Assembly: GCA_005862225.1 (NCBI GenBank)
Contig: SZXV01000006.1
Span: 18,367 to 82,366, forward strand
Direction: 5' to 3'
DNA length: 64,000 nucleotides
Origin: Chlorobium sp.
GTDB taxonomy: Bacteria > Bacteroidota > Chlorobiia > Chlorobiales > Chlorobiaceae
Shown here: positions 20,148 through 30,174 of the stretch, in pieces
Position numbering within the stretch: position 1 is the stretch's first letter
How the letters are laid out: each line of letters begins with the position of its first letter
Notes under the pieces: generated by a model
What the model saw: the letters and a program-made list of their open reading frames with translations, nothing else
Databases searched by the model: none
What the model was told of the DNA's origin: nothing
Program-made: the position numbers and the translations under genes

Positions 20148-20744
20148 TCAGTTATCTTTTTTCTCGCTATCATTTAAACGACGATCACTATGAGTATCGT
20201 TTAGATTTTTGCTGCTATTTATATCGCCACGATGCCCCCTGTTTTCCTGATTGGCATTAGTGTGAAACTCAATATCACGGGTTTTCCTTATATCCTCTAT
20301 GCGATGTTTTCTGATGATATCCGGCAGATTACTTTCCTGGATTACAGCCCACGGTCCGCGATAAAACGAAGAAGCATACCAGTCATTGTTATTATAGATA
20401 TAGTAAAGATTGTCGTAATAGATTATCTCATAAGGAGTTCCTATAGAAACTGAAAATCCGTATTCCGGTAGAACTATAAAACTCGGCGGAGTATCAATCA
20501 CCAAATACCCGCCATTCCATCCCCAATACGGACGGCCCCATTCCCAATATGATGCTCTCAATCTCAAAGATGGTCGTCCTCCCCATCCATGAACATGATT
20601 TCTACCGTCCGCCTGAACAACAGAGGATGCGGTGGCAAGAATTATTCCTGCAATTCCTGCTGCTAAACAAATATTTTTTTTCACCGGTTTTCTCCTGTTA
20701 AAGAAATCAGACCTACTTATCTCCTGATTTCTGTTGTTTTTCAT
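20148..20744 (-). CDS. Hypothetical secreted Tyr/Trp-rich protein
   Basis: Internal signal-like segment; YYDNLYYIY...WYASSFYRGPW; start uncertain. Confidence 0.6.
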   Translation of the reverse strand: MKNNRNQEISRSDFFNRRKPVKKNICLAAGIAGIILATASSVVQADGRNHVHGWGGRPSLRLRASYWEWGRPYWGWNGGYLVIDTPPSFIVLPEYGFSVSIGTPYEIIYYDNLYYIYNNNDWYASSFYRGPWAVIQESNLPDIIRKHRIEDIRKTRDIEFHTNANQENRGHRGDINSSKNLNDTHSDRRLNDSEKKDN

Positions 20745-20842
20745 CGAAATCGTATTGAATTAGCCTTCCTATATTTTGACGATCATTTTTATTCTTTCCA
20801 GCACATGAATATTTATTAAAACTTGTTAAGAAGTAGAATATC

Positions 20843-22002
20843 TAATTCCAATTTGCAATCAAGATAATCATAATATAAATTCTGTATGTACTGTTTTTGT
20901 CCGTAATTTGGCAAACAAGAAGCATACAGCATATGGCACGTCCAGCAATAGTCACTGATGATATGGTTTATCTGGCTCAACATATCGTAAAAGAAGCCGA
21001 TAGCGCTCGTGAACTTCGAGAAGGTTTGAGTGTTCTTATTCCAAAAACATGTGATATCACCTATTCGGAGACAGCGAAAGTGCTCGGTGTCGGTGTGGCG
21101 ACGGTGGTCCGTATGCAACGGAAGATTCGCGATCAAGTTGCAGGAAAGCCTATCACCAAAGGGACTTGGGGAGGACGACGAAGGCAAAACCTTACTCCGC
21201 AAGAGGAAGGCGAGTTTCTTCAGTCATGGATAGAAAAAGCAGCACAAGGAGGAGTACTCGTGGTTCCACCCATTCATGCAGCTTTGGAAAAACGCCTTGG
21301 AAGGTCAATTGCCGTCTCCACAGTCTATCGAATGCTGGCTCGTCATGGGTGGCGAAAAGTTGAACCCGATACCTGTCATCCGAAACACGATGTCGAGGCT
21401 CAGGAGGAGTTTAAAAAAAACTCCCGGAGATACTGGCAGAAGCTGCCAAACAAAATATCCTGAACCTGCCATTACGTTTAATGTTTCAGGATGAGGCACG
21501 ATTCGGAAGAATAAGTGATCCGAGAAAATGCTGGGCACCAGTGCCTCTTCGCCCAATAGTGAAATTGGCCCTTGTTCGGCAGTATGTCTATGCCTATGCC
21601 GCAGCATCACCAAGAGATGGTGTTATTGACTGGATGTTGGGTGGCAAGATGGATACTCCGAGTATGGGAGCTTTTCTCAAGCTTGTCTCTTCAAGACATC
21701 CTGAAGAGTTTATCATGATGGTTGTCGATGGTGCGCCATCGCATCGTGCAGAACATTTACAGGTTCCCAAAAACATGGCATTGGTCCGGCTGCCACCATA
21801 TTCACCGGAACTCAACCCAGTGGAACATCTTTGGGATGAACTGCGTGAAAAAGAGTTTGCCAATCAGGTATTTGATACGCTTGGCGCTGTCATCGCCCAA
21901 GCAGCGAGAGGATTGAAGAACATGGAGGACAGTCCTGATTCTGTTCAATCTATAACCGGTTGGGACTGGATATTAAGATCAATATGATCGCAAAATGGAA
22001 TA
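20843..22002 (+). mobile_element. IS630-family insertion sequence
   Basis: 17-bp terminal IRs match 15/17 (attccaatttgcaatca at 20845; tgatcgcaaaatggaat ending at 22001). TA occurs at both ends, offset by one base. Confidence 0.85.
20933..21987 (+). CDS. IS630 transposase (OrfA HTH + OrfB DDE joined by a -1 frameshift)
   Basis: T3A8 run at 21410-21420; FQDEARFG, DGAPSH, PYSPELNPVE motifs. Confidence 0.88.
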
Positions 22003-22201
22003 AGGCTTTCTCCTTTTATTTGAACCTACAAAGCATGTTTTATACTGCAAAAGCACTTAAAGTGCAATACAGCAAGAATATCTCATGTTTGTCTGGCTCG
22101 TTTTTTTTGAAAGGGATCACTTGATAATGCAGGCACGATTTGTAATGAAGCAAGCTGCCGATTCAGGCTCTCTAAAGCTATTAGTGATCAAACACTATAT
22201 G

Positions 22202-22426
22202 ATGAATCATTTTTGTTCTTGGTATTGTTCTAATTCCTCACCTGTGCTCTCCTTTCTGGTAATGGTGTTGTTATCGGGCTTGGATTTCATTTCATGCGTT
22301 GTCGCTTTTGCGCGAACACATCACAGCAAATTTGCTATCCTTACCTTGAATATCCTTCTCGGATGGAGCGGTATTGGTTGGATCGTTGCTTTGGTATGGG
22401 CGCTGGCCTATCCCGGTCACGATTGA
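22202..22426 (+). CDS. Superinfection immunity protein (T4 Imm-like); start uncertain
   Basis: VVAFARTHHSKFAILTLNILLGWSGIGWIVALVWAL. Confidence 0.7.
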   Translation: MNHFCSWYCSNSSPVLSFLVMVLLSGLDFISCVVAFARTHHSKFAILTLNILLGWSGIGWIVALVWALAYPGHD

Positions 22427-22438
22427 ATGAAAACAACC

Positions 22439-22487
22439 ATACTCTTTGAAAAACCGACTCACACTGATTAATTGCGCAGCCTTCTTT
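22439..22487 (+). repeat. 49-bp target-site duplication, left copy
   Basis: atactctttgaaaaaccgactcacactgattaattgcgcagccttcttt, identical to 24158-24206. Confidence 0.95.
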
Positions 22488-24157
22488 CCTGACTTCTGCC
22501 AACTTTGCAAAATTTCTTGAGCAAGATAAATAAATTATTGTTTTTCTGTTAGTTAGTATTTTCTGATTCGTCGGTTTCCGCACTAAATAGTATCTTTGCT
22601 TCATGCGTGGAGACTTGACAATCCGGAAGGTTAAGACTGCCTCGGGGGCAACCGCCGTTCAGGTGGTCCGCAATGAGGGAAAGAAGCGTGCCATTATCAA
22701 GCACGTAGGTAGTGCTCATAGCGAGAGCGATTGCGATCTGTTGATGGTAGAGGCTGTGAAGTATGCCGAAGCCCATCGCAGACAACCGTATTTGTTTCCC
22801 GAGATACCCAGCCAGACAAACTCTCCACAGCATCTGGATCTCTCTCATGCCGAACTTGTCGATGTAACGCATCAGTTTGCCCGCACTGCGCTGTTTGCTT
22901 GCGCCCGGATGTGTGGCTTGGGAGCCCTGCCAGAGCTGTATCTTGATTTTGCCATCATGCGCATCATTGAGCCTGTATCCAAGCTGCGGACTCTCGAGCT
23001 TCTGCAGCGGTATGTTCAATGTGCGTTATGCTGAACGGACCGTTTATCGCTTGCTGCCAAAGCTCCTTGAGTATCAAAAGGAGATCGAGACTGCCGCCAT
23101 CAAGACAGCTCGCGATGTACTGCAGGAGACCTTCAGCCTTGTGTTGTACGATGTCACGACGCTGTACTTCGAGTCTTTCAAAGAATACGACTTTCAGAAA
23201 CCTGGCTTCTCCAAGGACAACAAACCCCAGCAGCCGCAAATCGTCATTGGCCTCATCACCACCCGATTGGGTTTTCCGGTAATGCACGAAGTGTTTGAGG
23301 GCAACACCTTCGAAGGAAAAACGATGCTCGATATCGTACATCGTTTCCAAGAGCGGGTCGGCAACACCAAGCCGGTTATTGTGGCTGATGCGGGTATGCT
23401 CTCGAAAGCCAATATGCAGCAGTTGGAGGCTGACGGGTACAGCTACATCGTCGGAGCACGATTGGCAAGCACCGCAAGCTCCTTCATTGATACGATTCAC
23501 AAAGAGCTACCCCGCACTGACCAGACATCAAGGCGCTTCAGCTATTCGAACGCTGTCAAGAACGCCTCGATCATCTGTGAGTTCTCCGAAGCACGCTACA
23601 AGAAAGACAAACGCGAGTTTGACAAGCAGATAAAGCGGGCCCGTCAACTGCTTGAACGGAATGAATCAGGGCGGCGGGCCAAGTTTGTCAAGAAGTCTGC
23701 AGAGAAAGACAAGCCGTTCATCTTTGATAATGCTTTGCAAGCAAAGGCAGAAAAGCTTTTGGGCATCAAGGGCTATGTCACCAACATCCCGGAGTTAGAG
23801 TTTTCCAGTGCTGACGTAGTTGCCTACTATCGAGATCTCTGGCATGTAGAACAGGCGTTTCGAATGAGCAAGTCAGACCTGAAAGCCAGACCCATCTTCC
23901 ATTATACGCAGGATGCCATCAGAGCCCATATGCTCGTTTGCTTCTTGGCCTTGATGATGGGCAAATACCTTGAGATCAATACGGGGCGATCGTTACGTCA
24001 GATTCGAGACGAACTGTGGCAAGTTCAGGAGGCAAATATTCATGATCAGCGAACCGGAGAAGTACACTCTGTACGCATGAACACCGACAAATTGGCGAAC
24101 AGCACACTCATTCAACTCTTGATCCCTGAGTTTCCGCACTAATTGGCAGAAGTCGGG
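22488..24157 (+). mobile_element. IS1634-family insertion sequence (1670 bp)
   Basis: 15-bp IRs cctgacttctgccaa / ttggcagaagtcggg match 14/15 and abut the 49-bp direct repeats. Confidence 0.92.
22603..24142 (+). pseudogene. IS1634 transposase with a +1 frameshift near 23014
   Basis: LYDVTTLYF, GFSKD, VADAGM, VEQAFRMSKSDL.ARPIFH motifs. The span is 3n+1, and removing G23014 gives LQRYFNVRY. Confidence 0.85.
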
Positions 24158-24206
24158 ATACTCTTTGAAAAACCGACTCACACTGATTAATTGCGCAGCC
24201 TTCTTT
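24158..24206 (+). repeat. 49-bp target-site duplication, right copy
   Basis: Identical to 22439-22487. Confidence 0.95.
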
Positions 24207-24288
24207 GAGTACCATGGCATGAATCCACCGCCCGATATTGGTATGATCCGTGACGCCTCATCCGTCAAGTTAACCGGGTCTTAATCTT

Positions 24289-24555
24289 TCATTCTTGGCA
24301 CTGGGGCTTTTGGCGTTTTACACTGGCAAAATAGGCCACTCCCAGATATTCCAGGAACAACCAGACTCAGGCTACTGATTCGGTAGACCAATGGTAATTG
24401 CAAATGGCAGTCTGCACGTGAGTCGTCTCAACGCAGTCGAACCAATCCAGAATCTGTGCAAGTAAGCGTTGCTCAAGCCACGTCTCCAGTTTCTTTTCGA
24501 GCGAGACAAGTGCCTTGGTCTTTCCACAGAAACCATGATACCTGTCATACCAGCA
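24289..24555 (-). pseudogene. Probable C-terminal remnant of a second transposase (IS1634-like)
   Basis: Manual translation LEKKLETWLEQRLLAQILDWFDCVETTHVQT...WSTESVA*VWLFLEYLGV, with an internal TGA at 24367-24369. Confidence 0.45.
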
Positions 24556-24591
24556 CTGCTGGACGCAATTGAAAGATGCCGAGCATCATGA

Positions 24592-25241
24592 TCAAGAAAC
24601 AAGCTGGGCGATCAAAGCAATATCCATAACACCTGTAACGGGCAAACCGGCTTTAGCCTGATACTCTTTAATGAGCTTGACCGAGGTGTTACCAAAGATT
24701 CCGTCGGCTTTGATGTTGATGCTACGTTCAGAGAGGCCGAGCTGTACAAGCCTGACATCAAGACCATGCTGCAAAGGTGAGGTCACTGTCAGAACACGAC
24801 TACCGGGTTCCGAGCCATTGTAACATCCGGCAGGTGTGCCATTGAGGGCTGCATCAGAAATTTCAACCCCACGCACCACCAGTGTTAAGGGTAATCCCCA
24901 GTAATCCTGATCAACCAGTCGCTGCATGGCCTCCATCCGATAAGCTGTGGGCCGCAAGTCGGAGCGAGGATGCGTCGCCAGTCAAGCGTCAGATCACCAT
25001 CAGCAAAACGAGCCAGATAGGGAGAGAGTTTTGCTGCGAAACGAGCTCCGGGATTATCGCAATAACTCTGCAACAACTTCAGCAGATTACCTGAACCAAG
25101 AGTGGTTTGGGAGCGTCCAAAAGTCAGATGGCCGGTATCACCCCGAATCACCGTAACATTGCCATAGTCACCGAGCACTGAGCCTGTCTCAAAAATATTA
25201 ACAATTGCTTGTGCTGTTTTTTTCTGGGTTGTGGTCAACAT
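24592..25241 (-). pseudogene. Chitosanase/lysozyme-like hydrolase with C-terminal PG-binding domain, broken by an internal deletion
   Basis: N-part IVNIFETG...GDTGHLTFGRSQTT; C-part ADGIFGNTS...YQAKAGLPVTG (PG_binding_1); frames switch near 24981. Confidence 0.65.
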
Positions 25242-25326
25242 AGCTGTTATCCTGAAAAATAAAGGTTATCGTTTGAATAGTCTTTCCACTGTAGACTGAT
25301 AAATCCGTTCTGCAACGTTAACTTTT

Positions 25327-28300
25327 TTAAGCCTTGCCGCCAAGCCGATGCACAAACACGCTTCCGGCGAATTCTGCCTCCTCCGCAATGTCAACAATTT
25401 TCTGGTGGTGGGTAAAGAGAATCACCTGGCTTTTTTCAGCCAGATTGCTCAGTGCTTTAATGGTTGCCCGTGAACGAGCATCATCGAAGTTGATCAGAAT
25501 ATCATCAACAATAAAGGGCATGGGCTCGCTTGATTCTGAGCGCCATTCGAGTGTGGCAAGGCGCAGGGCAAGGTAGAGTTGATCGCGGGTTCCGGAGCTC
25601 ATGGCATCAACATGCAGGCGAATACCGTTTGGTCGAAGGCCGATCAGGATTGGGTTGTCATGGTCATCACTGTCGGTACGCAGACTTGCAAATGAACCTA
25701 TGGTCAATTGGCTGAAATAGCGTGAGGCCATTTTCAGAAGCGGAGCTTCGTTTTCGTTTCGGTAGCGCTCTGTCTCCTCACGAAGAATTTTTTCGGCGAG
25801 TTTGATACGGATATAGCGCTCGGTGAGACGACGGATTTTTGTGAGAGCGTTCTGGAGTGCATCTGCAAGTGTTGCAGCCTTGCCGCTGCCATCCATTCGT
25901 TCAAGTTCGCTTCTCTTTCTTCCTATTGTTTCGGACAATTGCTGTATCCCGGGATCAAGCAGGCTTGTTATCTCGTTGTTCAGGTTATCGATACGACCTG
26001 GCAGCTCATCAAAATCAACTGCGTCAGCCTGAGCTTCAAGGTTGGCAATGGTTGCTCCCTCTGCAATCCGGGTCAGTCGGCTTTCAATGTCGAACAACCT
26101 TTCATGAAGTTTTGTGTAATGCAAGGAACGTTGCTCAGCCTCAAGCAGCTCTTCGCGAGTATTGCAACAGGCTGACTGGCGCATGACCGCAAGATGCTCT
26201 TCGCAGTTTCGAACGTTGGTTTCAGCGATGATAACTGCTTTTTCAAGGCTCTCTCTCTCTTTCCTGTCTCGCAGCAGAATAGCCTGATCCTGACTGGCAC
26301 GACCAAGACGCAGCTTGAGTTCCGTCACGGCAGCCTTGGCATCAAGTCCGGCAAGGTCAGGAGCAATCTTTGTTACAAGGATCATGACATCTTTCTCAAA
26401 AAGTGTTGTGTCACGGTCAATCCCCTCAATCCGTTTCCGAAATTCGTCAGCTTCTCTAAGACGTTCAAAACAGCTTTGTAGAGCCTCAAGAAAATCAAGC
26501 GCCTCTGAGGGAAGAATATTGCAGTCAAGACCAAGTGGAGAAACTGATTCAGCCCAGTCGGCTCGCCATTGGCGCAACTCTGATTCAGCAGCTAAACTCT
26601 TATCCCTTAAAATATAAACAGAATTGTTGATGTCTGAAAGTTTTGCCGACATCACGTCTCTTTTTTTTTGATGTGCTTGCAGGGTATTCAGCAAAGATCG
26701 GGCAACGTCAAGAAGTGTCTCAAGTTCCCCGCCCGGAAATTCCCCCGATCCACCATGTGCAACAACCTCTTTGAGGAGGCTGACCCTCAACTCTTTGCGA
26801 CGTGACATCTTTTCAGTCAAATCGCTTGCAACTTTTTCCACATCTCTGACCTGAAGACGCAAACGATCAAACGAAGAAAGCCAGGCAATCATTTCACGGG
26901 GAGAGAGTGGCTCAATTCCGCAGAAAGCCCAAAGCTCCTGCCAGCGGCGGTCAAGGTTTTCAAAAGCTTCCCTGATACATCTCTCTCCTTCAAGAAGCAC
27001 CGCCAGACGCTTCTCCATGTTTTGAGCTTCGGCCTTCATTGATGAGTATTGCTGAACTCGATCTGCCTCATGATAAAGGCGATCAGCAATCCGGTCAGAA
27101 AGCAGGACCATCTGCTCATAAGCCACGTGCAATGGCAATGCAGCATCAAAACGTTTACTCTCTTCAACAACATCTTCCTGTTGCAGCCATTGACGGCAAA
27201 GAAGCTGCCATCCCTCTTCGCGCCTGCTCCTGCTCGCTGTCAGCTCCTCTTCTACCGGCAAATCAGCAGCCAACTCCAGATTATGTAATTGTTCCACCCT
27301 CTTCGCAAAATCCTTTTCAAGCATATCTTTCTCGACCTGAAGCTGGCGTTGCAAGTCCGCCTGTTCACGAAGCTCTTCATCAAAGCGGCTCACGCTCTCG
27401 GGCAATGGCAACGCCAGATGAGGCACAAGCTCCAGCGCTCCCTTCCAAAGTTCGAGCCGATTCAATAAGGCATAACATTCACGCTCTCCCTTCTCCCGCT
27501 CCTTTTCCAGCATTGTGATTTCCCGGTCGAGATCAGCGCCCCTTTCTGCGGCAAGCAGAGCACGAGCCAGTTGACCGGTTTCAGCAACAGACGGAAGCAT
27601 CTGCAATTCAGCACGAACTCTTTCCAGAGATGTTTCGGCGTCCTGCACCTGCACCTGCGCATTGCGACTCCCCTGCAAAAGAACCTCATAGCGCGAAGCA
27701 AGATGATGCACCGTCTTGCGCTTTGAAAGACCCGGACGAAGGGTTTCGACATTGTTGAGTGAAAACCCGGGCTTGATCTGGCTGAGAAGATCAGCCGCTG
27801 CCTTCCGGGCACCAAGACGCTGCCCTTCCCGCAGGGGACGGTCATTCTTTCCTTTCCGGTACTCTCCAAGCCGCTGATGCAACTCCTCTATGGTACCAGC
27901 CTCATCCAGCACATCTTGATTGAGGCAAAGAGCGTTCATCTTTTCACGAACCGCCTGAAGCTGTGCCTGCAGTTGCTCAAGCTGTAGCCGTGCTGCCCTC
28001 TCTTCCTGCTCAATGACCGTGCGTCTCTCGCTGAAATCAACCGGAAGAATGATAACATCTCCATATTCCTCAAGCTTTTGAAGCAGAATTTTACGCTCCG
28101 ACAAATCAGGCATTGCCTGTATCAATCGTTCAAGACGACGTTTTTCCCTCTCCAGCTCTTGCTTTGTCTGCTGACTCTCTGCCAGCTTTTTCAACGCGTC
28201 ATCCAGAGCCTGCTGATGCTCCTCCCACTCTCGGCCTGAGAGTGTCGCCTGTTTCAATTGGCTTTGCAGCTCCTTGTGGCGGGCAAGGGCTTCATTGAGC

Positions 28301-28842
28301 AACTGCCGTGATCCTTGCGGTTTGAAAAGACTCTCTCCCTCGGCTTCAAGCTCATCCATAAGCGGCTTCAACGACGCAAGACCGGCACCTGCCGCAAAAA
28401 GCGCCTTGCCCACCTCGCCCTGCTGATCAAGAATGCCTTCTCCGCCGCGAATGAGGGTTTCATGATTAATGCCATACAGAGCCGTAAAAAGATCCTTTTC
28501 AAGAGTATGCAGATAACGCGCCAACGCGGATGGATCTATCGGATGATCATCCTGGTCAAACAAATCTTTCGAATTTTTTTTCCGGCGGTAACAGGTCAGC
28601 TCCTCGCCATCGCTCCCTTGCAGGCATCCGCCGACAAGAAGCTGCTGATTCTGGTGTATGAAATTATCGCCGGTGCGTACGGGAAAACCAAAAAACCATG
28701 CGTACAGCGCTCGCATAGCACTGCTTTTGCCCGCTTCATTTGGGCCGTAGACAATGTGCAAACCCGGAAGAGGGGATGAAAAATCGAGCACCTGACCCGA
28801 AAAGGGGCCAAAGGCTTTCAGCTCCAGACGTTTGATCTTCAT
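25327..28842 (-). CDS. YhaN-like SMC/Rad50-type AAA ATPase
   Basis: YGPNEAGKSS Walker A, long coiled coil, MSSGTRDQLYLALRLA, PFIVDDILINFDD. Confidence 0.9.
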   Translation of the reverse strand: MKIKRLELKAFGPFSGQVLDFSSPLPGLHIVYGPNEAGKSSAMRALYAWFFGFPVRTGDNFIHQNQQLLVGGCLQGSDGEELTCYRRKKNSKDLFDQDDHPIDPSALARYLHTLEKDLFTALYGINHETLIRGGEGILDQQGEVGKALFAAGAGLASLKPLMDELEAEGESLFKPQGSRQLLNEALARHKELQSQLKQATLSGREWEEHQQALDDALKKLAESQQTKQELEREKRRLERLIQAMPDLSERKILLQKLEEYGDVIILPVDFSERRTVIEQEERAARLQLEQLQAQLQAVREKMNALCLNQDVLDEAGTIEELHQRLGEYRKGKNDRPLREGQRLGARKAAADLLSQIKPGFSLNNVETLRPGLSKRKTVHHLASRYEVLLQGSRNAQVQVQDAETSLERVRAELQMLPSVAETGQLARALLAAERGADLDREITMLEKEREKGERECYALLNRLELWKGALELVPHLALPLPESVSRFDEELREQADLQRQLQVEKDMLEKDFAKRVEQLHNLELAADLPVEEELTASRSRREEGWQLLCRQWLQQEDVVEESKRFDAALPLHVAYEQMVLLSDRIADRLYHEADRVQQYSSMKAEAQNMEKRLAVLLEGERCIREAFENLDRRWQELWAFCGIEPLSPREMIAWLSSFDRLRLQVRDVEKVASDLTEKMSRRKELRVSLLKEVVAHGGSGEFPGGELETLLDVARSLLNTLQAHQKKRDVMSAKLSDINNSVYILRDKSLAAESELRQWRADWAESVSPLGLDCNILPSEALDFLEALQSCFERLREADEFRKRIEGIDRDTTLFEKDVMILVTKIAPDLAGLDAKAAVTELKLRLGRASQDQAILLRDRKERESLEKAVIIAETNVRNCEEHLAVMRQSACCNTREELLEAEQRSLHYTKLHERLFDIESRLTRIAEGATIANLEAQADAVDFDELPGRIDNLNNEITSLLDPGIQQLSETIGRKRSELERMDGSGKAATLADALQNALTKIRRLTERYIRIKLAEKILREETERYRNENEAPLLKMASRYFSQLTIGSFASLRTDSDDHDNPILIGLRPNGIRLHVDAMSSGTRDQLYLALRLATLEWRSESSEPMPFIVDDILINFDDARSRATIKALSNLAEKSQVILFTHHQKIVDIAEEAEFAGSVFVHRLGGKA

Positions 28843-30086
28843 GACCGGCCTCCGATCCTGCCCATCAGCAGCTCTCTCACCTCATCCCGCAGGGCTGCAA
28901 GTTCTTCCTCATCCAGTCGAAACGGGTCACCATCATTCAGCAGATCAGAAGGAAGCTTGCTGCGAAGTTTCTCGAATTCCGGAACTAACCCTATGAGGGT
29001 TGACTTTTCAAACTGAAACGATTCAATGGAATGAAACAATGCACGGAGAGGAAATTCATCAGCAAAATCTGCCTGCAACTCATCCCGGCTCCTGCTCTTC
29101 AGGACGACCTTTTCAATCCAGACATCACCAAGAGCAGCCGCAACACCTCGAACCTCCTCACTCCACTGCATCGCTTTCTCATGCAATTGCCCATGAAGCG
29201 ACGTTACACCATCCACAAGAAGACGAACAGCAAGTGAACGACCATCAGCCTTAGCCCGCTCCTCTTCCAGAAGATCACGAACGAGATCTGAAAGAGAGTC
29301 GATGGTATCGCATCCAGCAGGGTCAACGCGGCAGAGCACCCAGCGAAGAACATCAAGTTCCCGCTCTTCAACGGTGATAACCTGACCCTCCTCGACTGAG
29401 ACAAGCGAACACCCTTTTGCGCCAATCTCACGAATATGACGTCCCTGAATATTGCCGGGAAAAACCACCCATGGGTCACGGCAAATCTCTTCGCGTTGAT
29501 GAACATGGCCAAGCGCCCAGTACTGGTAACCTTTTGAAACGAGAGCATCAAGCGTACAGGGAGCATAAGGCTCATGACCCGGGCGCCCGTTCAAACTTGT
29601 ATGAAGGAGTCCAATATTAAACAGCGCCGGATCGCCTTGCGGATAGTTCCGGACAAGATCATCCATCACCGAACGGGCAGAGAAACTCTGGCCGTGTATG
29701 GCAACTCCGTACTGTTCAAGGTGATGAGTTTCTGCCTTGCGATGCGGAAAGAGGATAACATTATCGGGAAGTTTCAGCGACCGGGTAATCTGGCTCGCGG
29801 CATCGTGGTTGCCGGAAACCATCATCACCGGAATACCTGCGTCACGCAGCCGACCCATACGGCTTACAAAATAGATACCGGTGTTATAGTCTTTCCAGTC
29901 GCCATCGTAGAGATCACCAGCAATCAAAACAAATGCAACCTTTTCGTCAACAGCCAATTGAACAAGATTGTCAAGTGCGCGACGGGCAGCAAGCCTGATC
30001 TGCTCAACTGGGGCATCCTGATATTCCTCAAGCCCTTTGAGAGGACTGTCGAGATGGATATCTGCCGCATGCAGAAAAGTAAACAT
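28839..30086 (-). CDS. YhaO-like Mre11/SbcD metallophosphoesterase nuclease
   Basis: AADIHLD, AGDLYD, SGNHD, WALGHVH motifs; 4-bp overlap with the ATPase gene. Confidence 0.9.
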   Translation of the reverse strand: MFTFLHAADIHLDSPLKGLEEYQDAPVEQIRLAARRALDNLVQLAVDEKVAFVLIAGDLYDGDWKDYNTGIYFVSRMGRLRDAGIPVMMVSGNHDAASQITRSLKLPDNVILFPHRKAETHHLEQYGVAIHGQSFSARSVMDDLVRNYPQGDPALFNIGLLHTSLNGRPGHEPYAPCTLDALVSKGYQYWALGHVHQREEICRDPWVVFPGNIQGRHIREIGAKGCSLVSVEEGQVITVEERELDVLRWVLCRVDPAGCDTIDSLSDLVRDLLEEERAKADGRSLAVRLLVDGVTSLHGQLHEKAMQWSEEVRGVAAALGDVWIEKVVLKSRSRDELQADFADEFPLRALFHSIESFQFEKSTLIGLVPEFEKLRSKLPSDLLNDGDPFRLDEEELAALRDEVRELLMGRIGGRS

Positions 30087-30174
30087 GAAACAAAGTGAGC
30101 ACAATAAAATAAATCAGGCGAAAAGCCTGTTCTGTAACGTCATGCTCAATATAGGGAGAAGCGTTGTTTTGCAG

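Noticed and set aside
22292-24268. Minus-strand ORF apparently split by IS1634 (shared KKAAQLISVSRFFKEY)
   Set aside because: The shared peptide is simply the translated 49-bp duplication. The rejoined frame is antisense to the Imm gene and not protein-like.
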